64,000 bases of DNA, taken from NCBI GenBank assembly GCA_950097015.1, contig CATNEN010000032.1, forward strand, positions 496,001-560,000, given 5' to 3'. This DNA is from Macrostomum hystrix. Taxonomy: Eukaryota; Animalia; Platyhelminthes. Shown one piece after another: positions 48,801-59,799 of the stretch (positions within the stretch are counted from its first letter, which is position 1; every line of letters begins with the position of its first letter). A program made the translations under genes and the position numbers. The notes under the pieces were generated by a model. The model saw only the letters and a list, made by a program, of their open reading frames with translations. It made no database searches and was not told the DNA's origin.

Positions 48801-49746
48801 ATTTCATGACAAAAGCAACAAGTTAAAACATAGCGTATTGAAAATAGCAAAAAATGTTGATACAAGTGAAATTTGGTTTCGAAAAATCATTCACGATTTA
48901 TATTTGTCGGCTGCACGTCCGGCCTGATTGGGGCAGGTGTAAGCAATTACTAACTAAAATATTTTCTGGTTTCAGGTACTTAGGACGCCCAGTGATCAGA
49001 GTGGTTGTGGCGGCCTCCCCAATACATGGACCGTGTTCAAAGCACCAGCGATAAGCTCTAAAAACAAGAGAGTAACGTTTTCGGACACAAAAATGCAGTA
49101 CAAAACAACTGGCTCGACAAATGAATACCAAAATGAAAATTTTTCCAAATTTAACATGGCCAGAAGACAGGTCAGTTGTCACTTTCAGACTTTTAATATA
49201 CAAAAGACAGCAAAAAATACACAAAAATATGCGGCAAATCAAACTACCTGAAAGTTGTAAAGCACCCAAAAAATAGGCTCATATAATGTATAGCAATATG
49301 TAATGCGAATCAAAGTATTTGTTAGTGCAGTACTAAATAATTCATAATGCATTTGAAGCATTAGCATCCAGTATGAAAAGTCGATAAAAAACTTGCAAAT
49401 CTTTGTGATCAAAAAGGTGGCACAGAGATAAAAGTGAAATTAAGGGAAACAAAATAATGATTAATTACTTGAGCGCCGTGATAATGCAGATTAAAAAGCC
49501 TAAGAAACTAAAGACATGAAACTGCTTGAAAGCGTGACGATTAAAAGCGAGGCGCACAGAAATTTAACTGTAACCCGATGATAGAAACAATGCCAAATAG
49601 AGTTGCAATGTCAACTTTACATGAAAGATTTTACATGCGATAACAAAATAGCCTACAATCTGACAATAGAAGATTTAGCAAAATCGAGTCACTCGAGTTA
49701 GTGGTGCTGGGTGTTCTAAGCAAGAAATCGGATGGTGCTTTAACAT
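45874..49746 (-). CDS. MPG: DNA-3-methyladenine glycosylase (alkyladenine glycosylase)
   Basis: Main exon 46683-45874: LAKALLGQRL, GYIVETEAYLG, DPAAHS, TCYVYSIYG, NVSSNGDGCAVLIRALQP, LCNGPSKLCQAL, RRIGI. It needs an upstream ATG exon; candidate 49746-49693 (MLKHHPISCLEHPAPLTR, phase-0 donor GTGACT) is tentative. Confidence 0.93.
46800..48427. repeat. Minisatellite, 28-bp unit TCTAGTACCTGGGGATCTGGGATCTCAA, about 58 copies
   Basis: Direct tandem units in the inferred MPG intron; a variant block repeats at about 475 bp. Confidence 0.98.
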
Positions 49747-49749
49747 GCT

Positions 49750-50480
49750 GGAGAGATGCTGGAGAGTCTGCTGGAGATGCTAAATAATGCGATTGAAGAA
49801 GCTGGAGACTGCTGGAAAAGAAGTTGGAGACTGCTGGAGAAGAAGCTGGAGACTGCTGGAGAAGAAGCTGGAGACTGCTGGAGAAGAAGCTGGAGACTGC
49901 TGGAGAAGAAGCTGGAGACTGCTGGAGAAGAAGCTGGAGACTGCTGGAGAAGAAGCTGGAGACTGCTGGAAAAGAAGCTGTAGACTGCTGGAGAAGAAGC
50001 TGTAGACTGCTGGAGAAGAAGCTGTAGACTGCTGGAGAAGAAGCTGTAGACTGCTGGAGAAGAAGCTGTAGACTGCTGGAGAAGAAGCTGGAGACTACTG
50101 GAAAAGAAGCTGTAGACTGCTGGAGAAGAAGCTGGAGACTGCTGGAAAAGAAGCTGGAGACTGCTGGAAAAGAAGCTGGAGACTGCTGGAAAAGAAGCTG
50201 TAGACTGCTGGAGAAGAAGCTGTAGACTGCTGGAGAAGAAGCTGGAGACTGCTGGAAAAGAAGCTGGAGACTACTGGAGAAGAAGCTGGAGACTGCTGGA
50301 GAAGAAGCTGGAGACTGCTGGAGAAGAAGCTGGAGACTGCTGGAGAAGAAGCTGGAGACTGCTGGAAAAGAAGCTGGAGACTGCTGGAAAAGAAGCTGGA
50401 GACTGCTGGAAAAGAAGCTGTAGACTGCTGGAGAAGAAGCTGTAGACTGCTGGAGAAGAAGCTGGAGACTGCTGGAGAAA
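49750..50480. repeat. Minisatellite, 22-bp unit GAAGCTGGAGACTGCTGGAGAA, about 33 copies
   Basis: Direct tandem units between the UPRT stop and the candidate MPG ATG. Confidence 0.97.
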
Positions 50481-50703
50481 ACGTTGGAGATTGCTGGAGG
50501 GTGCCGCAGAAGCTAGAAGATGCTGGACGGCTATAACTATTAGTCGGTAAAAGGAACTATCTTTAGCTGACAAACATGTTTGTTAATTCAGCAACTTCAT
50601 TGCAAGCTATCGAACATTAAAATCAGAAAGTTGGTAAATTTCATTGATCATTTGCGCTTTGATACCGTATAAAGCCGGTTGAACGTTTGCAAACAACAGC
50701 CAA

Positions 50704-51736
50704 TCAGTCGATGCCAAAGTACCTAGCGCAGAAATGATTAGGCACCAGATCGTGTACCTCAGTTGTGAGCACGCGAACGCCCGGATAAGCAATCAGAATT
50801 GAGTCCAGACCGGCTCGAGTTGAAAACAAATTTAGTAGAAACACATTAGACTCCGGCACCTGATAGTCCCTAGTCAGCAGCTGCAAAGCTTTGGCAGCCA
50901 CGCGACCGTCGCCAAGCACGGGCTGCATCAGCAGCACCGGACGGCGCTGAACCCTGGGCGGCAGGCGGACGTAGACCGGCTCGGGTTCGACGCTTTCCTC
51001 GCCGCCTCCGCCGCCCTGGATGAGCATCTTGCCGATGCGGATGGCTCTGCAACAGTCGCGCAGGCCCTTCTCCATGGCCTCGCCGGATGGCATAACGCTG
51101 ATGCCGCAGCTGCCGGAATCGGCGCGCAAACCATTGTAGATGTGGCCGCCCGGAGTAGTGACAGAGAGGGCCTGATAGGGCAGGCAGTTCAAAGCCTCCT
51201 CAACCAATAGTCGAATTAGTCTGTCGGCATAGAACACAAAATCGGACCGACTGGTGTCCCGATCTCGCAGCAGGGTGTGCAACTCGCACAGCTGACTGCT
51301 GGGGGGCAGGACGCGAACCCGCCCGGTCCATCGCGTACTACCGCAGCTGCTGGCAACTGGAGCTATATCAGGTGTGTCACGATTTGACAGCTGACGAAGC
51401 CGACTGCCATCGCCATTGGACCGGCTAGCGTCTCTAAGAGAATGAATAAGGTTGAGAATTACCTATCTGGATTTCTGCATTGCATATATTATTAAGTCTT
51501 TTTTACACAAGAATTGAGTTCAACAGTCACCTGGACGAATCCTTGGTGTCTAGAATACTCTGACGAAATGGTGCAGACTTGCCATTCACAAGAAAGCCAC
51601 CATTTGTAGCACTATCGTTGTCGCTGCTGCTACTGCTGCTACTGTTGATACTCTCTGTCAGTGCAGAGGCATTCAATTTGTTAGGATCATTAATGCCATT
51701 CAAAGTGGCTGGTAAGCGCTCAAAATTGCATTCCAT
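50704..51736 (-). CDS. UPRT: Uracil phosphoribosyltransferase homolog (animal UPRT type), 311 aa
   Basis: Exons 51736-51531 and 51433-50704 (phase 2). HTLLRDRDTSRSDFVFYADRLIRLLVEEALN, GEAMEKGLRDCCRAIRIGKMLIQ, LTTEVH..VPNHFCARYFGID stop. Confidence 0.94.
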
Positions 51737-53424
51737 TTGTAGACCTTAATGAGCACAAACTCTGCTGAAAATTCAACATATATAAAGAAAAAAGACAGTT
51801 ATTAGAATATTTTAAGGATAGTATAATTTGTACCCATGCTCTTTATTTAATAACATATTATTTATATGTATGTATTATACCATTTATATATAGTATTTAT
51901 TTTATAAACACTGTCAAATTCACTCACTTTAGCAAAGCTTTTTTGTGTATATAAATCACAGCAATTTCTATGTGACAAAACAATGTATCAGTGTGCCACA
52001 AAACAAATAAAGTAGTAATTGAGCAAGAAGTACAGAAACATGTTGAGTTTGATATTTGAGGCTGTGACCCTCTGATCCAGGGAAAACATAGGCACTGAAG
52101 GCTGGTTCAAGTAAAGGCCTTAGAGAGACTGCTTGTGCCCAGTGATAGATACCCTACAGAGAGAGAGAGAGAGAAAGAGATAAAGTCATAAGCCCTATTA
52201 CAAACCATTATATAATGTTTGGCAATGTCCTAGTTTCCTGCATTAATTTTTTTTTACTTTAATTTTTTAACTTCAGTGCATCTGACATGGCTGGCCAACC
52301 TAGAGCGCCAACAACAATCATTCCTGTCATTTATTTATTGGCTGCTGCTGACCTATGTGACCTGAATGTCACCCTGCCTGAACTAGTACTGTTCCGAAGT
52401 TCCAGCACATGCATGGCACTAGCGATGGCCTGTTCGAGTTGCACCTTAGCGACTCCTCTGGTGGTGCCTCTATCTAGAGAAGACCTTTGGCAACTTTCTC
52501 TACTGGGTTGCCAATTATTATGGCATTTAATATAGTAATATGACTGCTACTGGACTGGAAACTAGGACATTGCCTAATGTTTTTATATTCATCAGTACAA
52601 AATAGTTCAAAATATTTGGAACAAAAATCTAATTTATTACCACACCATTTTTTCTACACTTGCAGAAATTGTAACAATTGTATCAATAATTGTAAAACTA
52701 ATTTTGCATTATCTAATCTGTAACCATTTATAACAGTATATATAAACAGCTACCATGTCTCATAACAAAAAATATGTATATTACATGAATTAGGAAGTTA
52801 GCAATTCTAGTTTAAAAAAAACTTTTATTTAATGTATAGCTATAAAGCAGCCAATGTGTACCTTTTCTTGTTTTGCACCCTTTCTGATAAATGCTCTAAA
52901 AATACTTAAATAAGCCTAAAATAGGCCCTAACATTGAAAAACATTCTTGATGACTCATAGATTTGGTTTAGATGGGCAAATTAAAGTCATTTGGTGTAGA
53001 TTTGCAGCTTTTGCCGTCTACTATGGTGTCAATTTCAGTGATAGTCACAGTCGCAGAATATGAAATCATTATTAGAATTGTGCAGGCTGTCTGATACACT
53101 AAGATAAGATAAAGTATAGGAGCGTACACGGTGAGGTACGAGAGGCAGAGATAAGAAAAGATTAACGGCTAGGTCAATCCTAAATATTTAGTAATGATGA
53201 TGCAATGTGTCGAAATAATTAATCAATTTAACCGTTCAAATCAATTTAGACGTTAAAAAATTCGAATTGTTGATCACACGATCTAATATGAAAAAACAAC
53301 TAAATTGCATTTTGCTTCTGAGAAACAAATGAATACTTGCTTTTTTATTTATTAATTATTTAATGTACATCTTAACTAAAAAATTCCAGCTTTTTATATT
53401 TTTGTCACATGTGCCTGCGTTTGG

Positions 53425-53962
53425 CGAGAACCGCGGCAGGAGATGCTGCAGCAGCATACGTACAGTGCGCTGAGAGCCAGGCTGCCTCAGTGCACGTTTG
53501 GGCCGGCATCTCGCTACATTCAAGGACGGATATCGTCTTCCTGGATGCCAACGTGAACGCTAATAGCTACGCAGATCTTCTGCAGACTCGGTTCCTACCG
53601 TTTGCCGACGCTGCTTTCGGAGGAGTTGGCAACTGCATTCTCCAGGATGATAACGCACCGCCACACCGAGCCGATGCTGTTAGTCAAGTGAAAGAAGTAG
53701 TCAAGTTGAAAGCAACTACAGATCCGCACTCTGCGCTGACTTTCCCGGTCCCCAGACATGAATCCAATCGAGCATGTCTGGGACTTTCTAAAGCGCAGCT
53801 AGCATTCGAAAAGAGAATTATGCACCACAGATTGTTGCGGAGCTGCGTCACGCCATTGCAAACGCTTGGCAGCAACTTCCCCAAGACTTTCTGCGCCGCC
53901 TCATCTTGGGGATGCCCCGCAGAGTCGCCGCTCGTGCGAGGGGATCCCACACGCAGTATTAA
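53425..53962 (+). pseudogene. Decayed Tc1-type (DD34E-like) transposase fragment
   Basis: SVHVWAGIS...ILQDDNAPPHRA, then after frameshifts IRTLR*LSRSPDMNPIEHVWDFLKR* and ELRHAIANAWQQLPQDFLRRLILGMPRR...GSHTQY*. No TIRs found. Confidence 0.88.
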
Positions 53963-54029
53963 GCATTGCGTTTCTAATTAAGCAAAGCCCCAGCTTGGAA
54001 GGCTTGGGGCTTTGTTGTGCAATTTACGC

Positions 54030-54240
54030 CCTTAAGGACAAACCTCCAAGGCACAGTGAAGTGTGCACTGCCTGACGACGAGAAAGACTGGGCAGATGTA
54101 CACACATGTGTGAGCGTGTGCCTGCGTACGATATCTATGATCGTGTGTGCTCAAGAGTCAGCGGAATGGGTTGAATTGCCTCCTCGCTGGCTGCGGGTCT
54201 AGTGTCACCAAATGATGTGCCATTGCCCGCAGCCCCCCTG
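54030..54240 (+). mobile_element. SINE-like repeat type C, 3' part
   Basis: TCCAAGGCACAGTGA...ACACTGCCTGACGACGAGAAAG...GATGTGCCATTGCCCGCAGCC shared with the other type C copies; AT-rich tail follows. Confidence 0.72.
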
Positions 54241-54299
54241 CAATATTAATAAATATTATTATTATATCATGTTATATCGAAAATTCATCTAGTTTCCTT

Positions 54300-54512
54300 A
54301 GAGAGCTCCGCGAGTCGCTGGAGCTCTTGGGCGCCTCGGTGGTGGCGGCCAGGCAGGCCGAGATGCGCGCTGGCCTGAGCGAGTTCAGGGCTGATGGTGG
54401 CTGCCGAGCTGGCCGAGCTGAGGCTGGCAACGCGTCGGCTCGACCAGCTACAGCTCGCGGGCGTGAAAGTCTTCCAAAGCGATGAGCATGAGCATGAGCA
54501 TGAGCAGGGAGA
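54300..54512 (+). pseudogene. Frameshifted exon-like coding remnant
   Basis: Acceptor TTTCCTTAG, then ELRESLELLGASVVAARQAEMRAGLSEFR, frameshift, LMVAAELAELRLATRRLDQLQLAGVKVFQSDEHEHEHEQGE, donor GTTTGT. Confidence 0.45.
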
Positions 54513-54544
54513 GGTTTGTGATCGAAAATCTAATAATTAATTCA

Positions 54545-55087
54545 AGAGAAACTTCTGAACTTCTGCGCATCTCTGGTTGCGTCCCTGGTCCCGCCAATTC
54601 CGCAGGCGAACATCAACCAAACCTGCGAGCTGCTGGCAGGTGAGACCTGCAGTCGGCTAAGCGCGCTGCGACTCGGCGTCGATGGCAGCAGTGCCGCACA
54701 ACTGCTGGAGGTGCTGTTTAAGCTCGCGGCTGTGCGCTCGACGACATCCGTCCAGTTCGGACCGTGTCAAGTGATGATCAAGACGGCAGCATTCCCCACA
54801 GTCGCTCGACAAGCCAAATTGAAACGACGTCAACGTGTTTCGCTAACGACGAGGAACAACACAGACAGGTTTCACAGTTGAATGTTCCCGTTTCGCTCAT
54901 GCAGAGAACAACAGAATAGGACTTTTGTAATCCTTATCCTGGTCCTGTCGCTTCTTGTTGCTTTTTTGCCTGGTTGCTGCTGCTGACGCCAGAGCGTCTC
55001 GAGATCTCCTGGCTGGACCCTGAAAACCGAATCACCTGTGAAGGAAAAATCTGCTGACTGAACCGACTGCGTTTTCATTGCCTGCAT
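54545..55087 (-). pseudogene. Pseudogenised ORF of unknown family
   Basis: ATG at 55087, one frameshift near an A-run, then one continuous frame broken by TGA, TAG, TAG (…SDCGECCRLDHHLTRSELDGCRRAHSRELKQHLQQLCG…). Confidence 0.5.
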
Positions 55088-55380
55088 TTCAAATCTAACA
55101 ATTAAGTAGTTGCATTAATTCTGAAAAAACTGCCATTTACCCTACTACGAGTAACAGGATTTTTTTAAGTAGTCTAATGACGAATTCCGCAACAATCTTC
55201 GAATCGTTACGGGACGACTTGAAGCGTGTGGTTGCTATTTTAATTTTGCATAATCGTTGAGGTTCAACCATAGAAAATTTAGTTTTTGCAGACTTGCTGC
55301 GTCCGTTTGTGTTTGCACGCTTTTCCAAAAAGCAAGCAAACAAAATAAAAACTAGCAACCTTGGCTTGAAGCCTTCTACA

Positions 55381-55854
55381 ATGCAACGCAAATCCTTGCA
55401 TCATAAGGTGCTCATGCCCCTGACACAAAGTCTGTTCTTCGCCACTAGCGGTGATACGCGCTTGATCTTCCGCCTGATCGAGTACAACATGCAGATTGTT
55501 GGCGATGTCGACGCCATGGTTGTGTCCGCATTGCAGACAGATCCGGAGCGGGAGGACTTCCGGCTGCGCTTAATAGTGACAGAGGAGGATTATCCGGTGC
55601 TGGACTCGTTCTCTCACCTGGAGAACAGCGGGGCCAGCTTCAATATGGAGGTTCTGGTCCTCCGCCGGCTGGACATTTCCAGCACGGTTGTCACCCGCCT
55701 AGTCGGCCCCGTGACTCTTTGCAACACTCGCAACGAGCGGGGCAGCGAGGCGTTCAACCACGACCTCACAGTGCAGATCGCGAAGACCATGGAGCAGAAA
55801 CACAATCATGGCCTGGCCGAAACCCTGCGAATGCTCAAGGTCAACTCTGAGTAA
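55381..55854 (+). CDS. 157-aa ORF of unknown family (could be an exon of a larger gene)
   Basis: Uninterrupted, GC3-rich codons like true genes here, globular composition; acceptor TTTTTGCAG at about 55290. Confidence 0.6.
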   Translation: MQRKSLHHKVLMPLTQSLFFATSGDTRLIFRLIEYNMQIVGDVDAMVVSALQTDPEREDFRLRLIVTEEDYPVLDSFSHLENSGASFNMEVLVLRRLDISSTVVTRLVGPVTLCNTRNERGSEAFNHDLTVQIAKTMEQKHNHGLAETLRMLKVNSE

Positions 55855-56221
55855 ACTTCCGAAACGGGTCGTCAGGTTTTTTATTCCGTCTGTCTTAAAG
55901 TTTATTTGGCCCTCCTTTCTGCATCTCGACCCCCTTTTGTGTCGCTTCTGTTGTTAAATCCAAACCCGACACTAGACATATGTATTTCCTGTGGATAGCC
56001 AATTCCATCCAAGAACAAATATTGGCGACGCGGATGAATTATACGAGTGAATGCGGCAAGTGCATCGTTAACTAGAATGCATCGAACATGGAAACCGATA
56101 TAGACAGGATGGAATCCAATACGTACTTCTAGTTTTTGGCCTTCATCAGTTAGTTTTCAGATGACATTGTAGTTCAGATGACTCAGAGAGGGTTAAATGA
56201 CGCCCGCTTTCCCAAGAAAAG

Positions 56222-56630
56222 TCAGGCACAGCGTTGGAGTTTTTGAAAATCGCCGATGGCTCGGGGCGACGGACTCAGTGGCGGAAGCGGTGTGGAGTCA
56301 AGGCAGTCGGGACGCGGGTCACGGACTCCTCGCCCGATCGCCACGAAAACGTCAGGTTTGGCGCCAATTAAAGTCCAATCGCGGTCTAAAAGCAGCTGAC
56401 ACGGTAGCGAGAGATCTTTTGCTACGATCTGCCCTTGCACCTGCTGCCAATTTATCGCAGCCAATTCAAAATCCAATTTTCAGAAAATTAATGAATTTTC
56501 CCTGGCAATTGAGCCATTTCCCGCTTCCGCTCCTCTGCCTGACCACCTGCTCATCGAGCAGCTCCATCCCGATCGTCCACGCATTACGAGCCTCAACTTT
56601 AGCAGCCAAATTAGCATTGATTCTGAAGCA
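56222..56630 (-). other. Possible coding exons of an unidentified gene
   Basis: Protein-like frames INANLAAKVEARNAWTIGMELLDEQ and VQGQIVAKDLSLPCQLLLDRDWTLIGAKPDVFVAIG...stop, joinable by a GT-AG intron. Confidence 0.3.
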
Positions 56631-58760
56631 GGGGAGTCACAATCTAGCCAATTCACTGAACAAGCAAGGACTTCAACTCGAAAATGCTTGCTGGACAAGA
56701 CTGGGTTTATAAGCGGGATGTATGTATCGACAGATACAGTTCTGTCTACAAAGCGATTGCTACCACATTAGTTAGAGGACATTAGCAATAAATTGGCACT
56801 GATACATTAAGGCTCGCCTGGATGGGAGCTGCAACTGGTTTGTGTAAATTTAATTTCCGGACTTTTTTGTGAACAATTAATAAATATTAATGAATACTTT
56901 AATTATTTTCTCTCATATCATTTTCTAGAATTCGGTTGAAATCCGAAATTGATTTAGTTAAAAATCAGCATGGAAATTTTGAAGAATTGGGCCAACAAGA
57001 TAGACTTCGACCCATGAAAATCCCGAAAAACCTAACCCCTTTCCCTCACCGAGGAGCAGATACTTCTAAACCGGATGAAATCTGCGCACAATCTATTTTT
57101 GGAATTATTAACGTCAGTCAATGAATTCCCTGCATCAGTTTTAGAAATATCGTGGAATCTGAGCCCCAGATAAATTAGCACTTGAGTTGAACAGAAACTA
57201 CGTCACTGCAGAAGCAGGTGTAAAAATAATCAAGTGAAGAATTTAATTGAATGACGTTACACCACCAAAGTCTGCCGAGAGACATACCTGATTTTGAAAA
57301 TCTGTCAAGTCCACGGCGGCATCGCTCCGCCTTGGTCTCTGTCTACGCGCAAAACCCATCATCCAAGAGGCGGCGTCGTGTTAGGGTGAGGTTTCAACGA
57401 TCATCGATGGTCTAGCGCTGTCTAGACTAAATTATAGATTCTTAAATGAATATAAATTTTCCTTCCAATTGCCCAGACTTATCCAGACGCTATGGATAAT
57501 TTAAACGTCGAGGTAGCGTGAAGGCGGTCGACATCTCTGTGCTCGGCCAGACTGGCAATCAGGGTCTCGCGGCGGGTCGAAACTATTTGTTGTTGCCATG
57601 ACCGAGTGATGCTAGGGGCCAAGTTTTGTGTTGCAAAACTAAATTATAGTTTATTTTAACTAAAGATTTTCTAGTATTGCTTCACTATACTAAATTATTC
57701 CGGAAATTGTATTTACAGATATTTGATAACGACCATCTCAAACAATAAAACTACTCATATTTGTTTTGTTCCACTTTAAATTTGCATTCTTGTGAATGAA
57801 GATGACTTTCTTAGCCAGTCTAAACGCGGTAAAATGCGCGTGCGTTTTAGGCGCGTAATACGCGCGTGTCAGTTGACTGGGTATTGATAACAGATAATAC
57901 TTTTTATGCTTTACCAGCAAAAGTACAGGAGCAAAAGGTCGTAATTTTGTTTGGAATAGGGACAAAGCAATTACGGCGCCAATAATCATATTGTTAAAAA
58001 AATAAAGCCGAGTTACCGAGTTTCAAAGGCAAATTAGGTATGCTTTAGCGCAACGTGTCGTGTAAAAATATCCTGTTGTCATTATTACATCGTAAATGTG
58101 TACTGTACATCTGATGAAATTATAAAAATCAAGTGCAACAAAAGCTAGTATTTTTGGAATGCTTAAAACGAAACCACAATAGATTAAAGCCGGCCGTCCG
58201 TGTCACTTTATTATTATCTTAAAAACCTTTAAGTAGCTTTAACTAGAACTTTGATTTACAGTTGTCGCGCCCTATTTAATTATGACTTCGATGCGAATTG
58301 GCTGCAGTAGAAAATAGGATATATAAACAACGAGCTGCATGGATCAGATCTAGAGTCAAAGCATATTAAGTTCATTGATATCAGCTCATTTTAAGACAAA
58401 AATTCAATAGCCTCGTGATTTTTTCATCTAAGAATTCACACAGTAGATTATAAATAGTTTGCGGCCGTATCAGGGGACATAGTGCTCAGCCTGAGAAGTA
58501 AAAACCGCGGCTTGTTTGTTTATTTCGCGACTGCTGATGGTTGTGACGAGCTAGTTTAAAATATGTGTCCAGATAGTTAAATAGCGGGAGATACGATCGC
58601 TTTTCTGGCTTCTCTTCGATGAAAGGTGCTGAAATAATTTAGAGACGAAAGACCTGAATTCCGGTTACATTAAAATTTTAACGAGTTCAATTATTATAAT
58701 TAATATAGTAATAAAAAGGAAACTTCAAAGTGATTATATGAAAGCATTTTAAGCGTTCTC

Positions 58761-58952
58761 ACCAGATTCCGCACTGCCAATGATATGTGGCTCTTCAAAG
58801 GAGCTCTGAAATTCGTTCCTACCAATACTAATTGGAGACGTAGTCGTGTAAATTGGTAGAACAATCAGTGTAGCGAGCATCAGTGTTGCTGCTAGGTGAA
58901 ATGGAAAAAGCCCAATCCTATTGAGCTTCACCTTCCTGCTCTGAGAATACAT
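58761..58952 (-). other. Possible first coding exon of a secreted or membrane protein
   Basis: Acceptor TTCTTTCAG shortly upstream of ATG; MYSQSRKVKLNRIGLFPFHLAATLMLATLIVLPIYTTT; phase-1 donor G|GTGAGA. Confidence 0.35.
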
Positions 58953-59799
58953 TATATCTTGCAATCTGAAAGAATCGCTAGAAACTTTAGAGCGAATAAA
59001 ACAGTGTGGCCCTGTGGAGACTGCGAAAAAAGTATGCTAGAAAATTTTCGGAACATTTATAGCCTAGCTTTACAAAGAAGTGCGTACGGTGTTTAATAGA
59101 AGACTTGATTTTAACAACAACAACAAATTAAATAAATAAATAAGAACTCACCCTTTAACAGTTCACAATTTTTTTAGCTAAAAAGACACTGAAAAAATGA
59201 ATTAGTGCTCTTCTAATAAAAATGAATGCCCTAGTTTACAATTATTTCACGCATGTGCTTTCTCGCTTCCAGGGCCAGGCCAACTGGAAAATAGTGTTCT
59301 AGCATTCATAGACATATTGATCTTCTTCTAGTTCTAGTGGTTCTTGCTTGCTTCTTGTGTATGTACTATGGCCTTTACCTTTAGAGGTAACCTTTAACTT
59401 TACATTCACTATATTTGAAGGACTGTTACTGACTTTAAGAATATAGTTTTTTACCTCTTTTTATGTAATGGGATCATTACCTTAAATCATTATTTAAGTA
59501 CTTCAGTTGTGTGACTTTCTTGTATTGCAATCCTTTATGCATGGAATTTAACCATTTTAGGTCATTATACTTTAGTTTCAATATAATAAGTTACTATATT
59601 ATACAGATTAAAGCTAGCAATATTACAAAACTACTTTGATGTAAAAACAATCACAATTGTATAATACCTAATAATATAACAACTCATAGGCCTAGGCCCT
59701 AGTAAATATTTGAAGACACTCCAGACTGCCTACATTGGGGATTCTAAATTCCTAGGTGTTTGGGACTTAAGACCTTCAAAAATTTGGGTCTATGATTCT

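Noticed and set aside
703-50480. CRISPR arrays
   Set aside because: Units are head-to-tail with no unique spacers, there are no cas genes, and the DNA is eukaryotic.
10590-51134. Many 60-240 aa ORFs overlapping real exons on other frames or strands (e.g. 27440-28156, 41015-41449, 44965-45386)
   Set aside because: Shadow ORFs expected in GC-rich coding DNA; no independent motifs.
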